Assembly (NCBI RefSeq): GCF_024521635.1
Contig: NW_026250413.1
Span: 1-64,000, forward strand
Reading direction: 5' to 3'
DNA from: Tricharina praecox
Taxonomy: Eukaryota
DNA length: 64,000 bases
Of this stretch, positions 11,211 through 23,469 are shown piece after piece (the stretch's first letter is position 1; each line of letters begins with the position of its first letter). The notes under the pieces are model-generated. The model saw nothing but the letters and a program-made list of their open reading frames with translations. It was not told where the DNA came from and made no database searches. The position numbers and the translations under genes are program-made.

Positions 11211-12890
11211 ATGTTTTTCTGCTGCAACAAATCGAGCGCGAAAGCGGACAGCGCCGACACCCGGGAGCTCCCGAGCGACACCGACGCCGAGAAGCGGCTG
11301 TCCGCCGCGACGCTGCAGAACGTCGCTCCCTCGGCAGTGGCCGACTCTCACAACACCAACACCAACGATGTCAGGCCACCGATCGAAGCCTCGCCTCCCC
11401 CGCCCCCGACAGAGACGATGGACTACGCGCGTGCGCGCCGCGAGGCTGAGGAGCGTGAGCTCGACCGGGTGAGGTCCGAGATCTCGGGGCTGTCGATGGT
11501 GCGCGAGGAGCGGGAGTCGGGCGCGTTGCGGTTGAGCATGGGTGCTATCGGTTCCGCGGAGAAGGAGAAGGGGTTCCTCGGGCTGCCCATGAGCCCCGGA
11601 TTGTCGTCGCCGAGGCTGAGCGAGCAGAAGGAGGCGCAGGATGAGGATGATTGGGCCCGCGTCGTCATGGAGAGCGTTAGCAGGGCTGGCAGCACTTATG
11701 AGGGCGATAAGAGTCGGCCGGTCACGCCGGAGGTCAGAATCGAGCCGCCGGAGCAGGACGTGCCCGACAGTGTGCCTTCGTCGCCGATCAGGGAGAAGGC
11801 GGTGGAGGAGCCGAAGGAGGTGGTTAATGAGCAGGAGGTGAAGGAGGAGAAGAAGGAGGAGATCGTGATGAAGGAGGTCGAGGTCAGGGATGATGCCTCG
11901 ATCTACATCACTTCGGAGGCGGCCGCCGCGTTCATCAACTACAACTTTGAGACTCTCCCTCCCGTGCCGTCCATCCACGAGCAAGAGCCCGAACAGGAGG
12001 AGGAGAATGTCGTCGAGCCCGAGCGCGCACAGACCCCCAAGCCGCCGATGACTCCCGTTCAGGATGAGCACACTTCGCTGTACATCACTCCCGACGCTGC
12101 TGCCTCGTTCATGAACTACGATGCTTCCCTGGCACCGCCCACTCCCGCTGCATCCTTCAGCGGTGAGGGTAACGATGCTCCCAAGCGCATCTCCGCCCCC
12201 GTCCGATGCCCGTCCCCCGCCCCCTCGTTCGCCATCAGCGATTACGAGTCCGACATCCGCAACTCGAAGCGTGCCTCGACCCTGTCCACCATCTCGACCA
12301 TCGCCCAGGCCGCCGCCTCGGCCGCCATCGAGCGTCACTCGATCGCCGGCAACCGCATGAGCAGCCTGAGCACGTACTCGACCGCATCCTTCTACTCGAC
12401 CCGGCCCTCGTCCCCTGCACCCCCGACTAACAACCGTCTCTCGCTCCTCCGCTGTGCATCGCCCACCCCCTCGCGCCCCGACACTGCCAAGACCAACTCT
12501 TCCAAGAAGTCGAACGCCCACCTGCTGCCCTACCTGTCCCCCCTGACCGCCCAGCTTCTACCCCGCCTCGACAAGCTGCTCTCGACCACGTCGATCCTCT
12601 CGGCCTACAGCCGCTGGGAGACGGCCATGAGCCTCCGCCGCGAGGTTCGCGCCTTCGTCGCCTCGGGTGTCGACGACTTCCTCGACGAGGATGGCGAGAT
12701 CGAGAACGATGCCGGTCTGCGCAAGGCAGTCGACGCCTTCCTCGCACGCGGACAGCGTGTCCAGGACGCCGCCGTCAACGATGGTGACGACTCCATGAAC
12801 GATCCCCGTATGTCCGGAAAGGGCTTTGGTGATGTCCGCGCTTTCTGGGCCGGCGACAACGATGCGAGGAACAGCCTCACTGCTGTGTAG
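11211..12890 (+). CDS. Hypothetical protein (559 aa), mostly disordered, with a C-terminal helical domain
   Basis: Long ORF with strong C/G third-position bias from ATG 11211 (context GCC ATG; MFFCCNKSS). Glu/Ser/Pro-rich, with an internal repeat SIYITSEAAAAFINY / SLYITPDAAASFMNY. Confidence 0.8.
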   Translation: MFFCCNKSSAKADSADTRELPSDTDAEKRLSAATLQNVAPSAVADSHNTNTNDVRPPIEASPPPPPTETMDYARARREAEERELDRVRSEISGLSMVREERESGALRLSMGAIGSAEKEKGFLGLPMSPGLSSPRLSEQKEAQDEDDWARVVMESVSRAGSTYEGDKSRPVTPEVRIEPPEQDVPDSVPSSPIREKAVEEPKEVVNEQEVKEEKKEEIVMKEVEVRDDASIYITSEAAAAFINYNFETLPPVPSIHEQEPEQEEENVVEPERAQTPKPPMTPVQDEHTSLYITPDAAASFMNYDASLAPPTPAASFSGEGNDAPKRISAPVRCPSPAPSFAISDYESDIRNSKRASTLSTISTIAQAAASAAIERHSIAGNRMSSLSTYSTASFYSTRPSSPAPPTNNRLSLLRCASPTPSRPDTAKTNSSKKSNAHLLPYLSPLTAQLLPRLDKLLSTTSILSAYSRWETAMSLRREVRAFVASGVDDFLDEDGEIENDAGLRKAVDAFLARGQRVQDAAVNDGDDSMNDPRMSGKGFGDVRAFWAGDNDARNSLTAV

Positions 12891-13375
12891 TGATGTGACG
12901 TGATGTGACTGTGATTGTGTCTGCCCCCCTCTCTCTCGAATCTCTTTTTGTCTATATTCCGCCCATCTACCTGTTTCTTGCTCGGTGATCGTTTTTTGGT
13001 GTGGTTCTTCGTCCCTTTCCCCTTCCCTTCTACAAGCGTAGATCGGATGGGCACAATGATATGCCTTATTCCCCCCTTCCTCATTTGAATTTGAATTTTT
13101 TACTTCTCGTGCAAAGAGGCGTTTTATTTAATCTAGTTTTAGTTTTTGTGTTTCCGTCTCCCGTCGCTGTGTCGTTTCCTTTTTTTTTCTTTCTTTTTTT
13201 TCTTAACGTTCGTTCTAGCTATACCTACCCTACCTACTAGGAGCTGTACCTATGTGCTTACTTGGTTGTTTGATCTGCTGTGTGGTTGTTTGATGTGTGT
13301 GGTGTGGTGTGGTGTGGTGTGCGGTGTGGTGGGTGTGGGGTGTTGCAATTGCGTTGACGACGTTGAATGATATGC

Positions 13376-13520
13376 AATTGACTTGATTGAACTTGGATTG
13401 ATAGGGTTGATTTGACTTGATTGAAATTGACTTGGCTTGATTGACTTGGATTGAACTTGACTTGATTGGATCGATTTGACTTGAGTTGACTTGAGTTGAC
13501 TTGACTTCATTGATTTGATG
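13376..13520. repeat. Degenerate (TTGAC/TTGAT)n pentanucleotide repeat
   Basis: Tandem TTGAC/TTGAT/TTGGA units in the 3' flank of the preceding gene. Confidence 0.85.
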
Positions 13521-16500
13521 GGCGGTTTCGATGAGGGGTACCAATGTGGGCTTCGATGGGCTCTCATGACCGGAGTGTGGGCGTGTAAACATTGGGATCA
13601 CTCGGAAATCGTCGGGTACTGGTAAATGTAAAGTGATAAGACAAGCGTGTGCCCACTGCCACCGTTGGAATTCCTTCCACCGAAGCACCAGCCTACGGTA
13701 CCCCCCGCGAGCTTGGATTGGGTTGGTGGGGATTGTGGGATTGTGGGATTGTGGGATTGTGGGGGATCGACGGGGAGCATTCCGTGGCCTACAGCGGGAA
13801 TGTTTACTCCGCCGAAGTGGCATGGCAGTCAACATTCCAGCTGGAACGAAACAACGATGATCAGATAAGCTCAATTAAGCTACACAAACTCATGAAACTG
13901 TAAGGTTACTGGTATCCATGCTCCCACTCGTGCCGAACGAGGCACGAGTGACGACTGCCCAGGGCGCCGGGAAGTGGGAAGTGGGAACTACATTCCTCGC
14001 CGCAGTGCCGCACAACCGAATCGCGATCCACAGAGCTGGAACTGGGCGGAGATGGTATTGAACAGAGTTGGGAACAATCATCCACCAGTACCACTCGCCC
14101 GAGTTCGCGACGACTTTTGAGTCTCGCCGGGTGTGTGGGTGCCGAGTTCCAAGTATCAACTTGGTCTCGAGTAGGTCCCGAGTATTCAAATTCAATACCT
14201 ATTGGCCCTTGGGGAAGATGACTTCTACACTTTGAGAAACAACAAACGCTGCCAGCCTGCCGGAAGGCCGAACTTCGAAGCAGCATGCATTCCAGCATGT
14301 ACATACTAAAGGAGTGGTCGACGACGTCTCAACGCTGAAGGGTCATCGCAGTACTGTCTACTGTCCGTGTTTGTCCACCGTCGGCCGTGAGCGGAGCCGT
14401 AAGGATACAACACGTCCATGACTCTGTGTTTGGGAAGTTGGAAAAATCGTGAGCTTGGAGCGAATGCTCTCGCGGACGTCGTGGCTGGTACATAGCCTGG
14501 CAATAGCTCCTGCGCGGTGGCAGTGGTAGGGACTACCCCGGCTATGGACCGTGCATGAAAAGTGGAGGGAGTGAGTGAATGATGATCTGGTAGGTATTTC
14601 CGTCACGAACGCTCCATCTACATGATACAAATCGGCAATCCACACTAGACCCCACGGAACTAGCGTGCTTGACCGTGCTATATACGCACGTGACAGTTTC
14701 CCCCAGCGCAAGTTTCCGCCGCCCTCGAAAGCGTTGCTCAACAATTGCAACAAGAAATGAAATGAAAATAAAAGAAAAGAAAAGTGAAGCTACGAGCCGG
14801 TGGCTTCGTCAACAAATCAAATACATAGTACAATCAACACTACAGCTTAACTACGTTCAACGACTGCGTCCTTCTCCTTCAATAGCTTGTCAGCCCTGTG
14901 CCGTGCACGCCTTTCCTCTAGACGGTGGGCTCGCCTTTCCAACCGAAGACGGGCTCGGTTAGCCGCTTTGTTGGCTTTGCTATCCCCTGTGCCCTGCGAG
15001 GGTTGGTGGGGTATGTTGGACTGACAGAGCTGGACTTGCAGAAGGGAGGGCGAGGGGTTGAGACTCGGTTCCTCTCGCAAGCTCCGCGAATGACAACGGT
15101 AGCTGAGGGTGAGGCTGGCTGTCCGGTTGGTCAAGTTGGCCAATGCTTGTGTAGTGAAGCTGGCCCGGGGTAGTGTGTTGGGAGGTGGAGAATTCCAAGT
15201 AGTCCCGTCGGGAGGCGTCCAAGGCGTTGCAAAGAAGACGACCGACTTGCAGGATAGCTTGGTCTCCCCCGTTGATCGATGACTTAGGGAGCTGCTGGGA
15301 CGAGTTCGAAGCTATAAGGAGCCGCTAGTATGAGTACGAAGCTGTATGATGAGGGAGAAAAGGGCACCGCGTCTAGAGATGCGACTACGCAAGTGACGAT
15401 TGGGATTGAGCTGGCTGGGTAACTTACGGTTCTGTTGAATGTCGCGAGGCGGATTCTTCTCCTACTTGGCGGGCATGGCCTGAGCTGGAGAGGAGGTAAC
15501 GACGAGGTTACCAGCTGGTACCGAAGCACCGGGGGTGAGCTCGGCCATTTTTGAGGACTAATTGAATTGATTTGAGAAAAAGGGAAAGAAAGAAAAGCTA
15601 TTTGTGGCCTTCAGGTGGAGAACCTCGAGTACGGTACCTCCGCGATGATGGATGGCGGACGAGGAGTAGAAGAAAAGAAAACAACCGGTCAACAAATAAA
15701 ACAAGAGCTCCTCGAACGTTGAGACCACTGTATGCGGTCTAGCCCAGTCGGCGAAAATTGGCCGCTCGTATGGCTCCCGTGCCCGCTCTCAGCTCCCCCT
15801 GTACCTGTCATCAACTCCTCCTAAACCCGCTCTCAACTCGAACAATAGCACCCCTGTCCGTCTGCGATCACGCCCCCGACCGAGTTGGTCTCACCGAGTC
15901 CCGTACCAGTCACCACATCTTGGCACTCGGTCTCACTCAGGTCTGCAACTTCGGATACAAACGGCACTACCAAGCCGCCATTTGAGCTGAGTATCACAGT
16001 ACGAAAGGCGGAAGTGACTCTTGTGTGGTTTGGTAAGGAAGCTCGACCGATGGTGGGGCAGAACCCGCTCGTTGTTGTTGCCAACTGTCATGGCTATGGA
16101 CCGCGCGTGCACGAAAAACGAAGTGAGTGAGAGAATAATGATGATCTATTTGTGTCACAAGCGCTCCATCTAAGGTTGGTCTCGCTCCCGAAGCTTATAG
16201 ATAGCTACGTCACGCTGCACTCCACGTGACTAGCTTGCTGATTCGTGATACGCACGTGACCGCGGCCGTCCGGCGCCGGTTCGCAGCTGCATCGGACAGC
16301 TTGGAAGCTGTGGAGCGATAAATATTTTCTTTCAAAATTGACCGAAATGACCGGTGGATGGTGGTAGACATATAGTACATACAATTGGCGGTATCGAGTC
16401 TGAGATTCCGTGAGATTCCTGGAAAGGAAGGAAGGTGATCTGGAAGTCTCGAGGGTGCCGAATAGGTAACTTGGTGGAATGCTCGGTGGTGAATACTATA

Positions 16501-16711
16501 TCCAGTCGTTGGACATGTAGTTGAATAAGTACGGTCGGCTTGTCATGGAGCCGTGGTCTGCCAATCTTCGCCTTTCTTCGCTTTTCCTGCGGGGCTGTAG
16601 CCATTCAAGATTTGATGATTAATAATCAGCTATTCGTCGTCGCGGGCATAGATGGCAGGTAGATACGCTCCTCGTACCACTTTATAAGCATCGAATTGAT
16701 GTATCCAGCAC

Positions 16712-16865
16712 GGAAAAAACCCCGCGTGGTCTAGTCGTTTAGGCCACGCAATCAGCGAGGGGAGCTGACGGAAAGGTCCCAGTTCAACCTCGATAAAACG
16801 ACCTGTCTATTCAGCTCTTGGGGTTTTCAAGCCACCCGCCGGGGGTGGTGACGGTTTTTGTTTTT
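16712..16865 (+). ncRNA. Putative Pol III structured RNA / SINE-like element, copy A (type I)
   Basis: TTTATAA at 16681; starts GGAAAAAACCCC; A box TGGTCTAGTCG; B-box-like AGTTCAACCTC at 16781; GGGGTTTTC closes the 5' stem; 3' hairpin GCCACCC-GCCG-GGGGTGGT followed by TTTTT. Confidence 0.6.
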
Positions 16866-18624
16866 GTCATTGTTTTTGGCAAGACAGGTGGAGCACAGTA
16901 TATCACTCGGTATAAGGATGTCACGGGATGGAGTCCTCAGCCTTATGTACGATCTTCGACTCCGAGTCGCAACGTCGGGCCAGGTGCTGGGGAACAGTAA
17001 GATCTCGCTAGGCCGTACGCATGAAATAAGGTATTGGTACTCTGCTGGGGCGGGTATAGGGAAGTTGTCGGCGTGTGGAGTGGGAGGACACCGGGCGTGA
17101 GAATATATTACTCCGCGATATATCAGGCGCGGCGACTTGTGTCCGGATGGCAGGCCGTGGGAGCACGTGTGCAGCGAGCAGTGATTGCGAGCCTCGCTCG
17201 AGTATGAGCGGAATTTCTTGAGATGGCGGGATCCCGGGGACCTGTGCCGATGAGTGGTTACCACTGACGAGTACAGCGATCACCTCCCATCCATACAACT
17301 TCGATTCTGGACGAGCCGACTACAGCTATACAGCTACAACTATACATTGTAATCGATATATGGTCGATATACGCAATAAACAAGCTTATTTCGACCGGCA
17401 GAGGGAGGGCCAGGCGGGCCGCCGGAGGCCCGGGAAACAAACCGGCCGGCGGCCGATATTAACATATTAACGGAGAATCGCTGCGGAGGACGAGTAATCT
17501 GCTGTATACTTAAGTACACTACGCCGTACATAAAGCACAGCTAAATCCCTTCGGGTCCCCCAACGTTGGAGCTCTTTGAGAGTCACGAATCGGCATTGCA
17601 CACCAACCAGAAACGTCAAACGAGACCAACGGACTTGGAAACACGGATATCACCAACGAACACGGATCTTCGAAGGGCCCGTTGAGTGAGCTGCAGAGCA
17701 GAGATACTAGCCGCCACGGAAATAGCGAGAAAGAGAAAGCCGCCTCCGACGATCGGGTCACCCCCTCAGTGCACGCCGACGGGATCACGCTCGATGATCG
17801 ACAGCTCGTTCGCATCGATACAGCGCATGCACGCATGCACGAGTGCTCACGTTCCCTCCTCGAGAGTCGACCGACCCAAACCCGACGGACCTATGATAGA
17901 GTACCGCCGACCAGCGCCATCCCAGCACAGGATATCACTCGCCTCTCTCACCAACGGGCATATTATCCGGCCTCCCATGGCACGCCGGCGATCCGGTCTT
18001 TCCACGCCGCCCGATCCCTGCCCCCGCGGAGCTCAGGCCCGAGATCCCGTTGTCCCGAAATCTCGCCTGGCGCCGCGTATCAGAATGATTGGGGGGTTCT
18101 TACTACACCGTTCTATACCCACACGCTACCGCGGAATTTGTCCTCCAGCTGCCAGCCACTCTAGCGGTACTCTACCTGTCACGCCCGGGCTCGGAGTACT
18201 CTAAAGGATGCGGAGTCCGGATACGGTGGTGCAGGTGCAGTAGGTACGTAACTATGAGCGAGCGAGTGTTGAATGGCGGGTACGGACGGACGGACGGCAT
18301 TACGAGGTGACGCATTACTATAAGTGCTGTACTATAGTTTCCACTCGGAATCGAGATGGAGGTAGCAGCAGAAAGATGTTCGTGCACGCTCGCCCGCGGG
18401 AGGGGGGAGAAAGCACAGGAGCAACAATTCTTCACGGCAGCTTGGAATCCTGGGATTCGCAGTCACTCGGATTTGAAGATGGGTGTTGCGCAGCGGCAGC
18501 AACAGTCCGAGCAAAGAGGGTCCGCCCGTCACCGGGAGTGCTAAGGCTAATGGTTCACCGAAGAAAAGTGGTACATACTACTGGCTGAACGAACGCCGAA
18601 GCCGGCGCGGACTTTGAGCAAGTG

Positions 18625-18880
18625 TTCGACATACCTAGTCCACCCGTCCTGAGCCTCGGACTTGACTGGACTGTATCTTGGCAGTCCGCCCGAAGGCGGT
18701 GCTCGGACAGACTAGTCCAAGATAAATCGAGGCCAGGACGGACTGCAGTCCGCACCCAGTCCACGAAATGCATGGACTAGACGAACTGCTTTTACGCAGT
18801 CCGTCCTAATGGCCGGACTGGACCGGATATTGGCAGTCTGTCCAGTCCGGACTACAGCACGGACCGGACTATGTCTCTGC
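18625..18880. mobile_element. Degenerate non-autonomous DNA transposon (MITE, hAT-like subterminal repeats)
   Basis: Dense GGACTG/CAGTCC motifs in both orientations. Right end GGACTATGTCTCTG; left end only weakly matching. No TSD identified. Confidence 0.45.
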
Positions 18881-19170
18881 TTTGAAAATGACGAGCTGGA
18901 CTCAGAACCTCCTCGGAAGACTGCCGGAAGCCACTGTGCTATCCTTATCGCGGACGGAATAGGTTCAAATCACTGATTCACTGCAGCCATCCGAGTTTAT
19001 AGGTAAGGAAGCAATATATAGATTATCGCCACACGATCAAACATTATTTACACAAAACAACAACCAACCATGCAAGTAATGCAACACACCGATCTATCCT
19101 CCCATCCAGCGGGCAAAGGAAACACGACCCCCCCTTTTCAACTCCTACCACAAGACTACCTCACGGACAC

Positions 19171-20373
19171 TTAAAGAGTGTAGCAAGTGGTCCTCTGGAC
19201 CTCGCACATGGAGAAGTCGACGGCACCTCCCTTGGCGCTCTGCTGGCTGCGGATGCACTCGTTGACGGCATCGAGACACTCGTTGACGGTCTGGGACGCG
19301 TTCTTGGCGGTGGTAGCGGCAGCGGCAGCAGTAGTGGTGCCACGGGTGAGGGTAAGAAGAGTGGTCGCCGCGGTGGTGGCAACGGGAGCCGCGGTCGCAG
19401 CGACGGTGGTGGCAGCGGTGATGGTGGGCTTGGCGATGGAAGTGGTCGCAGCGGTGGGGACAGCGGTGGTGGTGGGCACCTCAGCGTAGGCAGTGGTGGC
19501 GGGCTCCTCGACGACGGCGGTGGTGGTGGCCTCAACGGCAGCGGTGGTAGTGGGCTCCTCGACAACGGCAGCGGAGGTAGTCGGGACGACAGCAGCGCTG
19601 GTGGTGGAGCGCTCAGCGGCGGCAGAGGTGGTGATGGGATCAGCGACACTCGCGCCTCCGGTGTACACGGCCGGGCCGGGAATTGTGTAGGTGGTCAAGC
19701 CGTTGTAGATGTCGACCTCGATACCGGGGTCAGTGGCCGAGTACGCACCGGGGAAGTTGACGCCGGTCGGGGCAGCGGATCCACCACCAGTGATGACGAG
19801 GTTGGCACACATGGGGTAGAACTGGGCGCCGCCCACGGTTCCGGCGGAATGGAGAGCCAATATCTCGTGGCGGAGCATGTAGTTGCCCGCAGCGATGTCT
19901 GACGGAAGGGTCACAGTCCACTTGTTGCCAGCGGCGATGAGCGTGTCGGACGCCCAGGTGGTGCCGTCGTATCCGGCCTCGTCGATCTTAAAGAAATCGA
20001 GGGTGGTGGGATCAGCGGCAGAGCAGTCTCCATTGCAGTTCGCGAGGTAGGTCATCACGGGTCCCTTGTGGGAATCCGGCCACGTGGTCCAGGCGAACTC
20101 GACCTCGGCGCCGGCGGCGACGGTGGCGGAGATGGGCGCAGCGGTGGCGGCCTTGTTGCAGACGATGTCGCTGGAGCTGACATCCTCGACGGGGCCGTTA
20201 CCGGCGGTGGGGAAAGACCAGACGATACGCTCGGGAGTGGGGGTTGTGTAAGGGTCCTGGTAAGGCAGGTAGCCGCTGTATACAGTGCCACCGATGGTAA
20301 GCTCGTTGACGATTCCGTGGGCGGCCGAGAGGGCAGCGGCGCCGAGGGCGGCGAGGATGATGGACTGCTGCAT
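19171..20373 (-). CDS. AA9 (GH61) lytic polysaccharide monooxygenase with Thr/Ala linker and C-terminal 4-Cys module
   Basis: Signal peptide then His1 (AA|HGIV); NGPV, SHKGP, FFKI, RHEILALH and GAQFYPMC AA9 motifs; intronless. Confidence 0.96.
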   Translation of the reverse strand: MQQSIILAALGAAALSAAHGIVNELTIGGTVYSGYLPYQDPYTTPTPERIVWSFPTAGNGPVEDVSSSDIVCNKAATAAPISATVAAGAEVEFAWTTWPDSHKGPVMTYLANCNGDCSAADPTTLDFFKIDEAGYDGTTWASDTLIAAGNKWTVTLPSDIAAGNYMLRHEILALHSAGTVGGAQFYPMCANLVITGGGSAAPTGVNFPGAYSATDPGIEVDIYNGLTTYTIPGPAVYTGGASVADPITTSAAAERSTTSAAVVPTTSAAVVEEPTTTAAVEATTTAVVEEPATTAYAEVPTTTAVPTAATTSIAKPTITAATTVAATAAPVATTAATTLLTLTRGTTTAAAAATTAKNASQTVNECLDAVNECIRSQQSAKGGAVDFSMCEVQRTTCYTL

Positions 20374-23311
20374 TTTTGGAAGGGAAGATTTAAAAGAAGG
20401 ATTGACTGAAAGTGACAGTCTTCGGTGTGATCAACACGAGAGAATGATGGATATGCGGACGGAATGAATGTTACGAAGCTATCAAAGCTTGCAAAGGGAA
20501 AGAATGAAGGAAGATGGAAAGGACGAGTGATCGGTGGTGGTGAAGAAGGAAGGAACATCTCCAACCTCGAAGGTACCGAGTCGTACTTATACTGGTACTT
20601 CGTATTCTCCCCTTCTCTCCTATTACCTCTCCGTCATCATCACTTCTGCCTCTTAACCGGTGCGCAAGGCGAATAGATTGTAACTGAAGTCAGTGCACCG
20701 TCAAGACCGTCAGTGGTTTCATGTATTCTTCCGTCGCTTCCTGGAGCGGGCATCTACGCCCCCGGAGGGCACATGCCAGTGAACTGTCAGTGTCCATCTC
20801 TCTACCCGATGGGACTCTTTTCCCTTCCGCCGGGTTGATGTAAGCGGCATGGTCGTCTGTAGTAGATTGAGGAACACACGTCCCCCTACTTGGCAGCGAT
20901 ATTAACCGCCTGATATAATTCCCTGGTTTGAATTCCCTAGTTTGCCTTGTCAGATCACATATAACATCGAGCGCGCGCATACGGAGGGGAACTGTACGCC
21001 TCCTTCCCTCTCGATCGGTACGAATGTACATACACGGCCGCAACTTTAGTATGTAGAGTACGCAGGTACCCGCCCAGCCAACTCGGAGCTCCACAAGCGT
21101 CAAACATCATTTTTCCCGTATGCAACTCCAGCTGCTCTTTAGCCAGAATCAATCGCCTGCTTTCCATTTCCACCTCCCCTGGTTATGTACCCTCGCGACC
21201 CGCGGGCTTGCACGCCTGAATCCCAACCCGTTCCGAATTGATTGCCTAGCCGCGTGGTCGGACTCGGTACGTTCCGCATGGGGAGTGCTCGGGAGTCGGG
21301 ATTACTTTGTTGCGGAAAGGGGCGGCCGGTGAGTCGCCAGTTGGGGTTCTTCCGGGATTGCAGGGGTGGGCATCGCGGCGGCGGGCTGCCAAGAGGTGAG
21401 GTCTGCTCAACGTGAAACGCGCTCGGTAGCGGAAGAGAGGGGCTCATGGGGTCGTAACTAGTGCGGCCGGGAGAAACGGAACTTGGGTAAATGCACGAAC
21501 ACTGGTGGCCGACGATGCCGATCGTGGGGGGTTCCGAGTCGCCGCTTTGGCTCGAGACTTGGGTCGGCCCGTTAGGTTGGCTTTCGATGGATTTCCCAGG
21601 TTCCGACCACGATCGCAGCTGGCCGACGCGCAACTAAGGCCCATACAGTCTTCGATTTCCAATTGAGAGCTGATGGAGGTAAGTCTGTAGTTGAGGTTGT
21701 TTTTCGCATGCGCGCTGGACAGTGTGGGAGAAAGGAAAGAAGAAGAAGAAGAAGCGGAGGCCGCGATGTGGAACCCGTCCGGCATTGAAAATGTAGGCTC
21801 ACGAGCATGCGAAAATACCAGCAATATTAATGTCTGCTGGCAGGCCGCGATGCTCCGGGACATCAACTTTTGTCTCGTAAGCGCGCTTTGGCGATCCGGC
21901 GGCTACTTAGATCGACCGGTCAATCACACTTGACTAGAAATTGCCGACCAGCGACTAATTTGGTCCGCACCTAGACGACAGACATTTCCTTCAAGAAGTA
22001 GTACTAACTCGTCTCGGACACATGAAGGGAGGGTCAATCCAGCTACCGACGACATGTGTAGATGCTCTCAGTACCCCCCAAAATAATGACAAAGACCGAC
22101 AATCCACACATGAACTTCAACCTTCACGTCGTCAAAGGCTCGAGAAACCAACTCCGACCGACCACCCCGACCGCCGTAACAGAGATCATGATGGTGTCCG
22201 TGAACCTAACGAGGAGCAGTACTCGGACCAGAATGCCTATCCGCGCATGCGGCATCTCCGGAAGGAATTTGTCCGATATCGCCGCTGTATAGATACCATC
22301 TCTGCCGTTGCTGCTTCGGTCCGCCAGAAGCATGCTCAGATTCCGACGTTGATGGGTACGGTTGCCGTAGTGGGTTGAATGACACGGGCAACAGCTGTAG
22401 GTAGGAAGGTGATGGGTATTCCGCAGGGTTGTTCGATACCCAGGTCTCTGCGGTCCGTGCAAGGTGGACGAGCCGTGCGTTACATAGTTATAGCCGTTCT
22501 CACACGTAATAATGTATCTAGTGGTGGCTTATCACTGCCCACTGAAGAGCCGTGGATGCCGTCGCTCGGCGTGCCATCAAACCGTCAACGCACCGAGAAG
22601 TGACCTATCCGAGAAGGGCGTAAGGTGATGGCCACCTCGGCCCGTACAGTGCAACCTCAACGAAGTGCCGCGCGAGGGTGACCGTCTCCATTAAGTATTG
22701 ACGACGGCATCTAGGCAAACGTTGGTTTTGTGAGGGCTCTTTCGCCAATACCTCTCCAGGCGGGAAAGCGGCGGGTCAAGAGGAGGAGAACACACAAGGA
22801 GAAAGAGGAGGTAGCGGTTGATCGTCTATTGTGTAGATGATGAAGACAGAGAGAGAAGGCCTTTCACGTTCGCTCCCTCCCGGCTAGCTATCCTTCTCAT
22901 GATCCACACTAACTACATTCGCTTCCTCTCGCCGCCGACAGCTCATCCGTCACTGCCTCCTCTCGTCGGCAGCTTTTCCATCACCCCGGCACAACGTCTC
23001 GCATCGCAGGTTGAGGGAAACTACACTCCAACCCTCCGACTACCGACTCTATTTCATCCGCACACCTCACCTGTTGCCGTTGGTATAAAATTTAAGAACA
23101 CCATCACGTTTATCAGGAACACGAATGTGTCATCAATCTACACTACAGTCAATTCGTGATTCACACATTGTTTGTACCCTAGAGAGCCCGCCGCCCCATC
23201 TTCCAGTCTTGATCCGTCTGCATATCGGTTTACCTCCTGTGCAGGCGTGTCACGTGATACACCGAGTGATACGCCGAGTGATATCTCACTAGTGCTCCTT
23301 CCGTCACCCCC

Positions 23312-23469
23312 AAAACAAAAACCATCACCACCCCCGGCGGGTGGCTTGGAAACCCCAAGAGCTGAATAGAAAGGTCGTTTCACCGAGGTTGAACCGGGAC
23401 CTTTGCGTCAGCTCCCCTCGCCGATTGCATGGCCTAGCTAGACCACTAGACCACACGGGAGTTTTTTCC
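23312..23469 (-). ncRNA. Putative Pol III structured RNA, copy B (type I)
   Basis: Minus strand: TTTATAG upstream; GGAAAAAACTCCC-GTGTGGTCTAGTGG (A box)...GGTTCAACCTCGG (B box)...GGGGTTTCC, 3' hairpin, TTTTTGTTTT. Closely similar to copy A. Confidence 0.6.

Noticed and set aside
11193-12521. 442-aa minus-strand ORF and similar long antisense ORFs (1135-1929, 2930-3805)
   Set aside because: Shadow ORFs of GC3-rich genes on the opposite strand.
23360-23420. Hammerhead ribozyme core (CTGACG...GAAAC on the minus strand)
   Set aside because: Does not match CUGANGA, and the GAAA is not conserved in the other copies.
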